From Deltaproteobacteria bacterium (GTDB taxonomy: Bacteria; Desulfobacterota; JADFXK01), in the NCBI GenBank assembly GCA_015233355.1, contig JADFXY010000003.1:1-37454 (forward strand): DNA of 37,454 nt, read 5' to 3'. Every line of letters begins with the position of its first letter. The first letter of the stretch is position 1. Made by a program: the position numbers and the translations under genes. Shown here in pieces: positions 17,623 through 26,189 of the stretch. Under the pieces are notes generated by a model. The model saw only the letters and a program-made list of their open reading frames with translations. It ran no database searches and was not told the origin of the DNA.

Positions 17623-18972
17623 ATGACCGATCACACTGAAACCTGCCCCCCACGACAAAAACGCTTTGATCAGGCCGGCAGGTGCATAAAATGTGGTATG
17701 TGCCTGGCCGTGTGCCCTTCATACCGGGTGACCAGATTGGAAAGCCTGGGGGCTCGCGGGAGGATGGCCGCGGCCGGCGCCATTGACCTGGGTCAATCGG
17801 ACTTATTATCTCCCCATTTACGCGAGACAATCACCGCCTGTCTGCTTTGCGGGGCCTGCGGCCGGGAATGTGCCGGCGGGTTATCCGCCGATGTGGTTGT
17901 CCAGTCCCTGCGGCAGGAAACCGTGAAAGCCCAAGGGATGCCGTTGGTCAAGAAGTTGTTGCTTGAAGGGTTGCCTCCCCATGGTGCCGTGCCCCGGGCG
18001 GCATCAAAAACTATGTCCCGTGTGTCGGCCTGGCTGAACCAGTGTGTTCCGCCCGGCATAGGGCTCAGAGATCGGTTTCCCCTACCCGCCCTGCTCAACC
18101 GGATGTACTTTCCAGCCATCCCACGACGCTCTTTCCTCGACGCTATCTCCACATCTACACGGGACCGGATTATCCCGTCAACCCCACCTCCTGAATCCGG
18201 GAAACCAGGTCCGGCCGGGTTCCGGGTGGCCCTTTTTTTAGGCTGCATGGCGAATTACCTGCTGCCCGAAGTGTCCCAGGCCACGGTTGCCATTTTGAAC
18301 CGGTCAGGCTTTACCGTGACTATTCCCAAAAACCAGACCTGCTGCGGCTTGGCCGCCTGGAGCGCCGGCGACGTGGCCCGATCAGAAGCCTTGATCACCG
18401 CAAATCTGGCTGTTTTCAAGGATATCGAGGCGGATTACATTGTCAGCCCGTGCGATTCTTGTACCGCCTACCTAAAAACTGCGGCGGAACATACCCGGCA
18501 TCCCGACGCCCTGAAGTTGGCCGGAAAGGTTATGCCGCTGTCTGAGTTGTTAGTCAATATTGCCGGACTGGGACAAACCGGTTCTGCACCTTTCCCCGAT
18601 GAAGCCCGGCAACGGGAGGACGACCATCTCCCGGACTTATTAGTAACCTATCACGATCCCTGCCATCTCAAGAATAAACTCAAAATCACCGCCGCTCCCC
18701 GGCGTCTGATCGCCTCCAGGCCCCACGTCCGGCTGGTGGAACCGGGAGGTCAAGTGACGTGTTGCGGCCATGGCGGTCTTTTTTCCGTCACCCATCCCGG
18801 GTTGTCCCTTAAGATTTCGGAAGAACGAATCGACCGGATAGCGGGGACCATGGCCGATGCCGTGATCACCGGATGTATGGCCTGCGTACTTCAACTGAGA
18901 GATGGGGCGGCCCGCCGAGGGAATAGTCCGTTGGTGCTTCATCTGGCTGAATTCCTGCAATCACGCATTTAG
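17623..18972 (+). CDS. (Fe-S)-binding protein, GlcF/HdrD-like (two 4Fe-4S motifs plus two CCG domains)
   Basis: The cluster motifs are CIKCGMCLAVCP and CLLCGACGRECA. The cysteine-rich CCG repeats are ...CCGLAAW...PCDSC... and ...DPCHL...CCGHGG... Confidence 0.8.
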   Translation: MTDHTETCPPRQKRFDQAGRCIKCGMCLAVCPSYRVTRLESLGARGRMAAAGAIDLGQSDLLSPHLRETITACLLCGACGRECAGGLSADVVVQSLRQETVKAQGMPLVKKLLLEGLPPHGAVPRAASKTMSRVSAWLNQCVPPGIGLRDRFPLPALLNRMYFPAIPRRSFLDAISTSTRDRIIPSTPPPESGKPGPAGFRVALFLGCMANYLLPEVSQATVAILNRSGFTVTIPKNQTCCGLAAWSAGDVARSEALITANLAVFKDIEADYIVSPCDSCTAYLKTAAEHTRHPDALKLAGKVMPLSELLVNIAGLGQTGSAPFPDEARQREDDHLPDLLVTYHDPCHLKNKLKITAAPRRLIASRPHVRLVEPGGQVTCCGHGGLFSVTHPGLSLKISEERIDRIAGTMADAVITGCMACVLQLRDGAARRGNSPLVLHLAEFLQSRI

Positions 18973-19091
18973 ATTAACTTCCTGGTGGGTTAAAGATCTT
19001 AACCTGCCCAGGCGTAAGTCAATACCGGGTCTTCCGGGCTTCCTGTTTACTCCCCTGCCTCAGATTATTAGCGCCTGTCTGAATAAAGTTC

Positions 19092-19121
19092 TTGAAAGAA
19101 TCCTATCATTTTTGTTATCTT
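19092..19121 (+). promoter_or_regulatory. Sigma70-like promoter with extended -10 upstream of the GAF-PAS kinase
   Basis: TTGAAA (19092-19097), an 18-nt spacer ending TGT, then TATCTT (19116-19121). Confidence 0.35.
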
Positions 19122-19141
19122 GAATCATCAGCTATGAACAT

Positions 19142-20998
19142 TTGATCAGGGCCTTTACTGCACACCATATGGACTATGATAAAGTCGACCAGCCTGTCAA
19201 ACTTGAAAGTGAACTCCAACCTATGTCAGCCATTAAGACAGATTCACTTACTACTAATGATTTGGACCGATTCAAGACAATCGTCGGCACGGTATTAAGT
19301 CAGGCTTTGGATCATATCACCACCATCCAAGGCTGGGTGGGATATGTGGATCGTGACTCTAAACAGATGATCACTCTGGCCCAAAAAGGACTTGACCGGA
19401 TTCACCTGGAGAAGATGCGGCTTTCAACCCGCACCGGCTTCTTGAAAGACTTAATGGCCCGAAAAATACCCGGATTGGTTGAGAAAGAGGAGATCCCCCC
19501 ATCTACGGCCAAGAAGTTGCCCATAAAACCTCCTTTCTTTTTCGTTCCAATTATCGTGGGGGAGCGGACGGTCGGCATCATCCTTCTTTCCAGCGACTTA
19601 ACAGATATCAATTTCAACACGACCGATGCCCTGTTGCTTATTTCTTTGTCTGTCCAGGCGGGTGGGATGCTGGAAAGCATCCGGATCTACGACAACCTGT
19701 CGGCCAGGGAGAAAGAGCTGCTTCATCTGCACAATATGGTGTTGGAAAGCCGCAATAAACTCCTGTTTGTTTTTGACACTATCCCCGATTTCATCTTTAC
19801 CGTTGATCAACAACTAAAAATTATAAATATCAATAAAGCCATGGCCAAAAAGCTGGGCCGCCATCCCCGGGAATTAGTGGGGCAAGACTGCCACGGGATT
19901 TGTGCCGGAGTAACCTGTAACTTCTCCACCGATGACATTACTTGCCCGGTCAGACAAACCTTTGCCACAGGAAGGGGCCTGAACTGGATAAGTTCTTCAC
20001 CGGGTCCCGATGGGGAAGAGTTTTTTGCGGAAGCTTACACTACTCCCATGGCGGACGCCGACGGGCGAATAGTCCAGGTAATTATCGTCAGCCGGGACAT
20101 AACCGAGAGAAAACGTTTAGAGAAACAGATTAAGGATTATGCCGAGAAGCTGGAACAAATGGTCCAGGAACGGACGGCGGAACTAAACGAAGAAAAGATC
20201 CGGCTCAAACCAGCCAACGAAAGGCTGGTCGCGTTAGAAAAAGCTAAGGCCGATCTGACCAACATGGTGATCCACGATCTCAAAGGCCCGATCACCGTGA
20301 TTATGGCTAACCTTGACCTTATCGGCCTGGATGATTTAACCGCAGATCAGTTGGAATGCTTAGACTCCGCCCAGGTCGGTTGCCAGGACCTGTTTCGAAT
20401 GGTGACCAACCTGCTGGACATCAGCCGGATGGAAGAACGTAAATTGGTCATAAACGGAACTTCCTTTGATCTGGCCGAGGCTCTGTCGGAAGTGGCGGCT
20501 AAAGTAAAATCACTGGCAGATCTTAAAGAAATAAATATTGAGGTTATTGTCCCTGAAGATATTCCGGTAATCGTGGCGGATCGGCCTCTGTTTGATCGAA
20601 TAATCCTCAACTTGCTGCACAATGCCATCAATCATTCACCCGACAACCAGGTTATTCTGCTCCAAGGTCAACTTTCGGTCACAGACAACGCTTTCCGGAT
20701 CGATGTGATTGATCGGGGACCAGGCATCCCGGAGGACGTCCGGGAGCTCATCTTCGAGAAATTCGTTCAAGCCCGCGGTTCCGAATCCAAATTCGGTACC
20801 GGCCTGGGTTTAACCTTCTGCCGCATGGCGGTGGAGGCCCATGGGGGACACATCTGGGTTGACGGCCGGGTCAAAACCGGATCAACCTTTTCTTTTACCA
20901 TCCCGGTAGGGGTTGGCGATGATTTGAAACCAGGACCAGGATCTGACCCGGCACCCGTAAACAGCATAACAACGCGGCTGGGCGGCCACAGAAATTAG
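19142..20998 (+). CDS. GAF-PAS sensor histidine kinase
   Basis: The GAF-like N-terminus is QGWVGYVDRDSKQMITLA...VPIIVGERTVGIILL. The PAS domain is FDTIPDFIFTVDQQLKIININKAMAKKLG...IIVSRDITERKRLE. The HisKA motif is KADLTNMVIHDLKGP and HATPase_c is LLHNAINHSP...DRGPGIP...GTGLGLTFC. The start is uncertain: TTG 19142 as in the ORF track, or ATG 19169. Confidence 0.85.
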   Translation: MIRAFTAHHMDYDKVDQPVKLESELQPMSAIKTDSLTTNDLDRFKTIVGTVLSQALDHITTIQGWVGYVDRDSKQMITLAQKGLDRIHLEKMRLSTRTGFLKDLMARKIPGLVEKEEIPPSTAKKLPIKPPFFFVPIIVGERTVGIILLSSDLTDINFNTTDALLLISLSVQAGGMLESIRIYDNLSAREKELLHLHNMVLESRNKLLFVFDTIPDFIFTVDQQLKIININKAMAKKLGRHPRELVGQDCHGICAGVTCNFSTDDITCPVRQTFATGRGLNWISSSPGPDGEEFFAEAYTTPMADADGRIVQVIIVSRDITERKRLEKQIKDYAEKLEQMVQERTAELNEEKIRLKPANERLVALEKAKADLTNMVIHDLKGPITVIMANLDLIGLDDLTADQLECLDSAQVGCQDLFRMVTNLLDISRMEERKLVINGTSFDLAEALSEVAAKVKSLADLKEINIEVIVPEDIPVIVADRPLFDRIILNLLHNAINHSPDNQVILLQGQLSVTDNAFRIDVIDRGPGIPEDVRELIFEKFVQARGSESKFGTGLGLTFCRMAVEAHGGHIWVDGRVKTGSTFSFTIPVGVGDDLKPGPGSDPAPVNSITTRLGGHRN

Positions 20999-21231
20999 GC
21001 TTAACCGCGAGGAGAAGCTGTTTTTTCTGTTCACCGGCCACCCTTTATGTTATAGTTCGACTCGGGGTTTCAGCCCCAGGCTGGATCTCAGATGTTAAAG
21101 TAACTAAAACAGAATTTACGAATCTGAAGTTTTTCTTGTCAATCGCCTGCGTTAATGGCCCGGCCGTGGCCACTCACCTGGCCGAATTAACCTTTTTTTC
21201 AATTATTTTTTTTTACTTCGCCGGAGGCACC

Positions 21232-22497
21232 ATGAATTTCAGAAAACGACCCGAAAACCTTCCCGAGGACATGACCACCGAGCAACCGTCCGAGGAAATG
21301 ACGACGGAACAAGCTCCCGAGGAACTGGCTAAAGGTAAAAACTATAAACTATATGCGGTTGTAATCATTGCTGTCCTCTTCGTGATAGCCACCGCCATCC
21401 CCTTTTTCTTTTCCCACACCCCATCGTCTGATTCCAAGCTCGGGATGACGTCGTCTCTGTCGGATAAGAAACCAGATTTTAGGCCACCGTCAGACCTGGG
21501 GAAATCTTCTATCCCAATGGCTCCGTCGGCTTCATCGGGTTCTTCCGTGATTCCGCCCGATTCCAAAACAGCTCCTCAATTTAAAGCTCCCTCAATGCCG
21601 AGTTCAATGCCGGCCGTGCCACCAACCGCACCGTCAGCCATTTTGCCGGCAGATAAACTCGACAGCAAAGGCGCACCGGGAATGCAGCAAAAGACATTGC
21701 CTCCCCTGCCCCCTAGAGAAGCCTTACTGGGACTGACCTTTACTTCTGCCGTGATCGATGTCATGGACTACGAGCTAAATCAACGAATGTTCGGGTGGCG
21801 GCCCAGCAGCTTTTTCTTCGGCAAACTGGCCTTGACCGACAACGTGAACAATACGCAAATGGGAGTGCTGACGGTTGTCCGCCGGATACTGATTGTGTTT
21901 AACGACAAAATCGGCCGTTTCTCCGATTCATTTGAGGTTAATCCCCATATCAACAACGCCTTCAACAACTTCAACTACAGTGCGGATAAGTTTTGGTTCA
22001 CGGCCACCACGAGCATGTATAACGATGCAGTGAATCAATTAAAGACCTATCGAAAAGATTTAGAAGCCGGCAAGGCGGTGTTTAATAATTCCTCTGCGGC
22101 CATGGTCAATATCTTGGGCGGATGTCTCGAAGTGTTGGGCAACGCTCACAGCAACTTGATTAAACAAACGGAAGACGACGGCAGTCCGGTAAGCTGGTTT
22201 AGACAAGATGACTACTTCTATTATGCCAAAGGCGTGGCCGTGGCCATGTCCAAAATTCTGAACGCCGCGGTGGTTGATTTCCAAGATAAATTAGCCCGCG
22301 CCGGGACGACCGATGTCGTTCGAGGGGCCGCAGCCTCGCTCGATAAGGCGGCCAAACTACAGCCATTGATTGTTATGGACGGCGGATTGGATTCCTTTTT
22401 CCCCAACCACCGCGCTAACCTGAGTTCCTTATACAGTGACGCTTTCCAGAAATTGAGCGCCGCCAGAAGCAACATGGGCACCTACGACAGACTCTAA
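21232..22497 (+). CDS. DUF2333-like membrane-anchored protein with acidic tandem repeat and Ser/Pro-rich linker
   Basis: ATG 21232 follows a GGAGG RBS. The N-terminus has the repeat EDMTTEQPSE/EMTTEQAPEE, then the TM helix LYAVVIIAVLFVIATAIPFFF, then about 120 aa rich in S/P. The C-terminal domain has FGWRPSSFFFG...TDNVNNTQMGVLTVVRR and ...FPNHRANLSSLYS. As I recall, these resemble DUF2333 family proteins. Confidence 0.6.
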   Translation: MNFRKRPENLPEDMTTEQPSEEMTTEQAPEELAKGKNYKLYAVVIIAVLFVIATAIPFFFSHTPSSDSKLGMTSSLSDKKPDFRPPSDLGKSSIPMAPSASSGSSVIPPDSKTAPQFKAPSMPSSMPAVPPTAPSAILPADKLDSKGAPGMQQKTLPPLPPREALLGLTFTSAVIDVMDYELNQRMFGWRPSSFFFGKLALTDNVNNTQMGVLTVVRRILIVFNDKIGRFSDSFEVNPHINNAFNNFNYSADKFWFTATTSMYNDAVNQLKTYRKDLEAGKAVFNNSSAAMVNILGGCLEVLGNAHSNLIKQTEDDGSPVSWFRQDDYFYYAKGVAVAMSKILNAAVVDFQDKLARAGTTDVVRGAAASLDKAAKLQPLIVMDGGLDSFFPNHRANLSSLYSDAFQKLSAARSNMGTYDRL

Positions 22498-22699
22498 AGT
22501 CACCCCGGCACCGGTCGTCTTCAGACCAGGCCGCATGGTAGGTGACGTTCGACTCACCCTCGTACCCCGGACTCCGGTTTGGGGTGCGAGCCACACCACC
22601 CCAAGGCATTAAACACCGGCCACCACCCTGTCGCCCGCCGCTAAGGTTTCCCCCGATTCCACCGAAATTATTCTACCCTGACGACTAAGTGACTAAATT

Positions 22700-24490
22700 A
22701 TGTGCGGAATATTCGGACTCACCCACCCCCCTGGTGATCCCAAATCAATACTTCAGGCCATGGGGGAAGTCCTGGCTCATCGCGGGCCCGACGGAGAGGG
22801 TTATTTTATCTCCAACCAGGTGGCCCTGGGCATGCGGCGGTTGAGCATCCTCGACCCGGCGCGCGGCCGGCAACCATTCTATAACCGTGACCAGACCGTA
22901 GTGGTGGTCTGTAACGGTGAAATCTACAACTTTATCGAGTTACGAAGCCGGTTGGCGGAGAAGGGGTATCGCTTCCAGACCAATTGCGATGTAGAGGTCA
23001 TTCCCCATTTATATGAAGAATACGGCATCAACTTCATTCATCATCTGAACGGCATGTACGGCATGGCCCTTTATGACCTGGCCGAGAATACCCTGTACTT
23101 GATTCGGGATCGCCTGGGCATCAAACCATTATATTATTCCCTGGCCGGCCGTAACCTTATATTCGCCTCCGAAATTAAGGCCCTGTTCCAGACATCCCTG
23201 GTATCCAAAGAAGTCGATCTGGAATCGCTCAGCATCCTGCTTGACTTGATGTACATCCCGGCCCCGGCCACCCCCTTCACCCAGATCAAAAAGCTTCCTC
23301 CCGGCACGTATCTCCAATGGCTGGCCGGGGCTTTAAAACTAGTCCCATATTGGACGATGGCCTTGCCGGAGACGGACATTCAAGATGAGCCCAATCCGGC
23401 CGAGACATTAGAGGGCTTATTAGAGGATAGCGTTCGCCTGCAGATGCGGAGCGATGTCCCGGTTGGTTGCTTCCTGAGCGGCGGTATTGATAGTTCCGCG
23501 GTTACCGCCCTGGCCTCTCTCCAAACCAACCTGCCCATGACCACCTGGCACGTGCGCGGCACCGGCATGCAAGGTAAAATAGACGAAAGCCCTTTGGCCG
23601 CGGCCGTCTCCCACAGGTATGGCACCAGTCATTTCACCAAGAACCTGGCTGACGAAGATTTGATCATGGAGTTGCCCAAACTCATCTGGCACCTGGAGGA
23701 ACCTATCGGTGACGGCGCCTTTGTTTTGACTTACGGCCTGGCCAAGATGGCCGCGGAGCAAGTCAAAGTCATCCTGAGCGGGGCCGGTGGAGATGAGTTA
23801 TTCGGCGGCTATGCCCATTACCGGAACCTCTACTTTGGGGAATCCATCATAAAGCGACTTTTATTCGGCAAGCAGGTGAAATCTTCCTATTACGACCGAA
23901 TGGCTTCCCGGCAGGCCTCCCGTTGGCCGGAATATTTTCCCTGGCATGGGGTCTCTATTTCCCGGAAAGAAGAGTTCGATCAACCATTTAATGCAAATAA
24001 GCTCAAAGACCCTTTGAATGCCCTGATGTTGGCTGATCTGCATTGGTACTTGCCGGATAATATATTGTTTTTAACCGATAAAATGACCATGGCCGCCTCA
24101 TTGGAATGCCGGGTGCCCCTGCTGGATCACCGGATTGTCGAGTTGAGCCTAAGGACCGATTCCGGTCTCAAAATCCGGTCCGGCCAAAAGAAATACATCC
24201 TTAATCAGATAATGAAGAAGTACCTGCCTCGGGAAGTTATTTACCGTCCAAAAGAAGGGTTCGGGGCTCCGGTGGTGTACTGGGTCAATAACTACCGGAA
24301 AAAATACTTCGACCAGTGGTTGCTCTCGGGTTATCTCTGCCAGGAACGAATGATCAATCAGAAAAAACTACAGACCTTGCTGGCTCATGACCATCTCCAC
24401 GGCCTCCAGGCTTGGCGCTACTGGCAAATACTCATCCTGGAAATTTGGATGCAGCTATTCGTCGGCGACCGGCCAATGTCATTGATTTAA
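22700..24490 (+). CDS. asnB: Asparagine synthase (glutamine-hydrolysing)
   Basis: The N-terminal nucleophile is MCGIFG, in a GATase class II domain (RGPDGEG...RRLSILD...NGEIYN). The synthetase PP-loop is FLSGGIDSS. Confidence 0.9.
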   Translation: MCGIFGLTHPPGDPKSILQAMGEVLAHRGPDGEGYFISNQVALGMRRLSILDPARGRQPFYNRDQTVVVVCNGEIYNFIELRSRLAEKGYRFQTNCDVEVIPHLYEEYGINFIHHLNGMYGMALYDLAENTLYLIRDRLGIKPLYYSLAGRNLIFASEIKALFQTSLVSKEVDLESLSILLDLMYIPAPATPFTQIKKLPPGTYLQWLAGALKLVPYWTMALPETDIQDEPNPAETLEGLLEDSVRLQMRSDVPVGCFLSGGIDSSAVTALASLQTNLPMTTWHVRGTGMQGKIDESPLAAAVSHRYGTSHFTKNLADEDLIMELPKLIWHLEEPIGDGAFVLTYGLAKMAAEQVKVILSGAGGDELFGGYAHYRNLYFGESIIKRLLFGKQVKSSYYDRMASRQASRWPEYFPWHGVSISRKEEFDQPFNANKLKDPLNALMLADLHWYLPDNILFLTDKMTMAASLECRVPLLDHRIVELSLRTDSGLKIRSGQKKYILNQIMKKYLPREVIYRPKEGFGAPVVYWVNNYRKKYFDQWLLSGYLCQERMINQKKLQTLLAHDHLHGLQAWRYWQILILEIWMQLFVGDRPMSLI

Positions 24491-24524
24491 GGCGCAGTGT
24501 CATCGGATCATATTATAATAAATG

Positions 24525-24772
24525 GTCAATTCCGATTAAGCCCTGAAAGGGCGCTATAGGTTAGCCCAGCGGCAACGCCCTGGGTATAAGCGGCGGCTAT
24601 ATAAAAAAACCTATGATGCCCACATAAAATCGTTGGCAATTCAGCATCTCAGCCGTAGCCGGATATCCCATTCAAAGGAAATGGCTTTGAGGTTGGCCGA
24701 CCATCTGTATTACCCAGGGCGTTGCCGCTGGGCTAACCTAGAGCGCCCCGTTGGGGCTTATTCGGAATGGAC
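24525..24772. repeat. Family-B 248-bp MITE-like element with 62-nt terminal inverted repeats
   Basis: The left arm (24525-24586) and the reverse complement of the right arm (24711-24772) match at 55/62 positions, and the inner 30 nt are identical. Each arm keeps its own local hairpins: GCCC-TGAAA-GGGC versus GCCCC-GTT-GGGGC, and CCCAG-N10-CTGGG. The 124-nt centre has no ORF. Confidence 0.8.
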
Positions 24773-24866
24773 TATTTTAAAGAAGTCAGCACGATTGTTC
24801 GTCGCTTAAGCCAATTACATTGGCGACCGGCATCATCAAGATATGTTATAGTGAATAGAGAACGGC

Positions 24867-25802
24867 ATGACGAAACCAGAATTAGTTTCCATCATCATTC
24901 CCACCCATAACCGGGCGCGGTTACTGACTCGGGCGCTGGCCGGCGTCTTCAAGCAAACGTACCCGAACTGGGAAGCCATTGTCGTGGCCGATGGATGTAC
25001 CGACGATACCTTGGAGGTCCTAGAGCCCTATCTTGATGATCCCAGATTGGTGCTGATTGATCTCCCCCTGACCATTGGCGGAGCCGGGGCCAGAAATGAG
25101 GGACTGGATCACGCCACCGGGGAGTACGTGGCCTTCCTAGACGATGACGACGAGTGGGTCGCCGGCAAGCTTGAAAAGCAGATCCGATTCATCCAGAAAC
25201 ATCCCGACACGGCCGTTGTATCCTGCAACTATACATTTGACCGAGCCATGCCGTCCCGGCTCAAGCGCGTGGTCACCCTTCACGACCTTTTATACCACAA
25301 TTTTCTGGGCAGCTTCTCCTTTTGCCTGACCAGACGAAGTTACCTGGACGGCCTGCGGATCAACCCGGGCCTCCGGGGATGTCAAGATTGGGATCTCTGG
25401 CTGAAAGTGCTGCAAAAAACCGGCTGGCCGGGCCGCAACATCGGGGAGGTCCTGGTCCATTATTATACTGATGACGAACATCGTATGTCTCGTGACTTTC
25501 GACTAAGTTACGAAGCCTATATGATGCAGGTCGATTTGCTTTGGCCGCTCCTGGATCGGAAACACAGGATGTTTCATCGGATGAAGATGGAGGTGCTGAA
25601 AAAAATGGCCGAACCAGGACTGTTCGGTATCCCGGACCTGATCGATATTCTAAAACATCTCATCATTTTTCTTTATACCGGCCCTTACCGGGAGCCGCGT
25701 TTCCTGGCCGGGACCGTTTTGGCCCCCTATTTTAACTATCAAACCAAGAAAGCCATTAAGGACCGGCTGGGCAAACTGGTTGGCCCCGGCCGACGTACTT
25801 AA
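24867..25802 (+). CDS. Glycosyltransferase family 2 protein
   Basis: The GT-A fold N-terminus is VSIIIPTHNRARLL...VVADGCTDDT...GGAGARNEGL...YVAFLDDDDEW, which includes the DxD motif. Confidence 0.85.
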   Translation: MTKPELVSIIIPTHNRARLLTRALAGVFKQTYPNWEAIVVADGCTDDTLEVLEPYLDDPRLVLIDLPLTIGGAGARNEGLDHATGEYVAFLDDDDEWVAGKLEKQIRFIQKHPDTAVVSCNYTFDRAMPSRLKRVVTLHDLLYHNFLGSFSFCLTRRSYLDGLRINPGLRGCQDWDLWLKVLQKTGWPGRNIGEVLVHYYTDDEHRMSRDFRLSYEAYMMQVDLLWPLLDRKHRMFHRMKMEVLKKMAEPGLFGIPDLIDILKHLIIFLYTGPYREPRFLAGTVLAPYFNYQTKKAIKDRLGKLVGPGRRT

Positions 25803-25831
25803 CCTGGCTATAATTAATGTTCCCGAGAGCA

Positions 25832-25898
25832 CCTGTTGCGGATTGTCTGTTACGGTTGCTCGATTAAGACAACAAGTAACAAGCAACAAGCAACAAGG
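25832..25898 (+). repeat. Family-C hairpin with adjacent arms (no insert), downstream of the GT2 stop
   Basis: CCTGTTGCGGATTGTCTGTTACGGTTG - loop CTCGATTAAGA - CAACAAGTAACAAGCAACAAGCAACAAGG. It shares GATTG/TTAC/GGTTGCTCG with the left arm at 4191-4219. It also shares ACAACAAGTAAC and GTAACAAGCAAC with the right arm at 4383-4421. A T8 run follows at 25913-25920. Confidence 0.6.
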
Positions 25899-25922
25899 CT
25901 CTATGCCGACAATTTTTTTTAT

Positions 25923-25952
25923 TTGACATGATCAACGGTTGTGGGGTATTTA
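25923..25952 (+). promoter_or_regulatory. Possible sigma70 promoter for glyQS
   Basis: TTGACA (25923-25928), 18 nt, then TATTTA (25947-25952), preceded by a T-rich tract. The -10 is weak. If real, it gives a leader of about 325 nt filled with repeats. Confidence 0.3.
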
Positions 25953-26020
25953 AACGGGATAAACGTAAGCTGATGCCTTAACGCCCCGAAAGGGCAAATT
26001 ATGTAGCTCAGGGCGGACAG

Positions 26021-26189
26021 CCAATGTTGTTGAAATTAAGGATGCAATGTTAAGATTTCTCGCTTCGCTCGAAATGACAAGGAAGTGGGCCACCTAAAAT
26101 GACGATGTAAATTTGTCATTCCGAACGAATGTGAGGAATCTTATCACGTCCGAAGATGGTTAAGCCGTCCCTTAATTGAACAACATTGG
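26021..26189. repeat. Composite nested repeat containing a circularly permuted family-A copy (A2)
   Basis: The outer inverted repeat is CCAATGTTGTTGAAATTAAGG (26021-26041) with CCTTAATTGAACAACATTGG (26170-26189). Inside it, 26050-26079 equals the right 30 nt of copy A3 and 26114-26143 equals the left 30 nt of A3. Both matches are 30/30, the order is swapped, and a 34-nt spacer separates them. Confidence 0.75.

Noticed and set aside
20999-21035. Intrinsic terminator after the GAF-PAS kinase (GCTT-N12-AAGC followed by TGTTTTTT)
   Set aside because: The stem is only 4 bp with a 12-nt loop, which is too weak to call.
22535-22610. tRNA-like T-arm (GGTGACGTTCGACTCACC) or glutamine riboswitch upstream of asnB
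   Set aside because: The loop is 8 nt rather than 7. There are no acceptor, D or anticodon arms around it. The conserved GGACGGAAG-type core that I recall for the glnA RNA is absent. Only a plain 8-bp hairpin (TTGGGGTG/CACCCCAA) is supportable.
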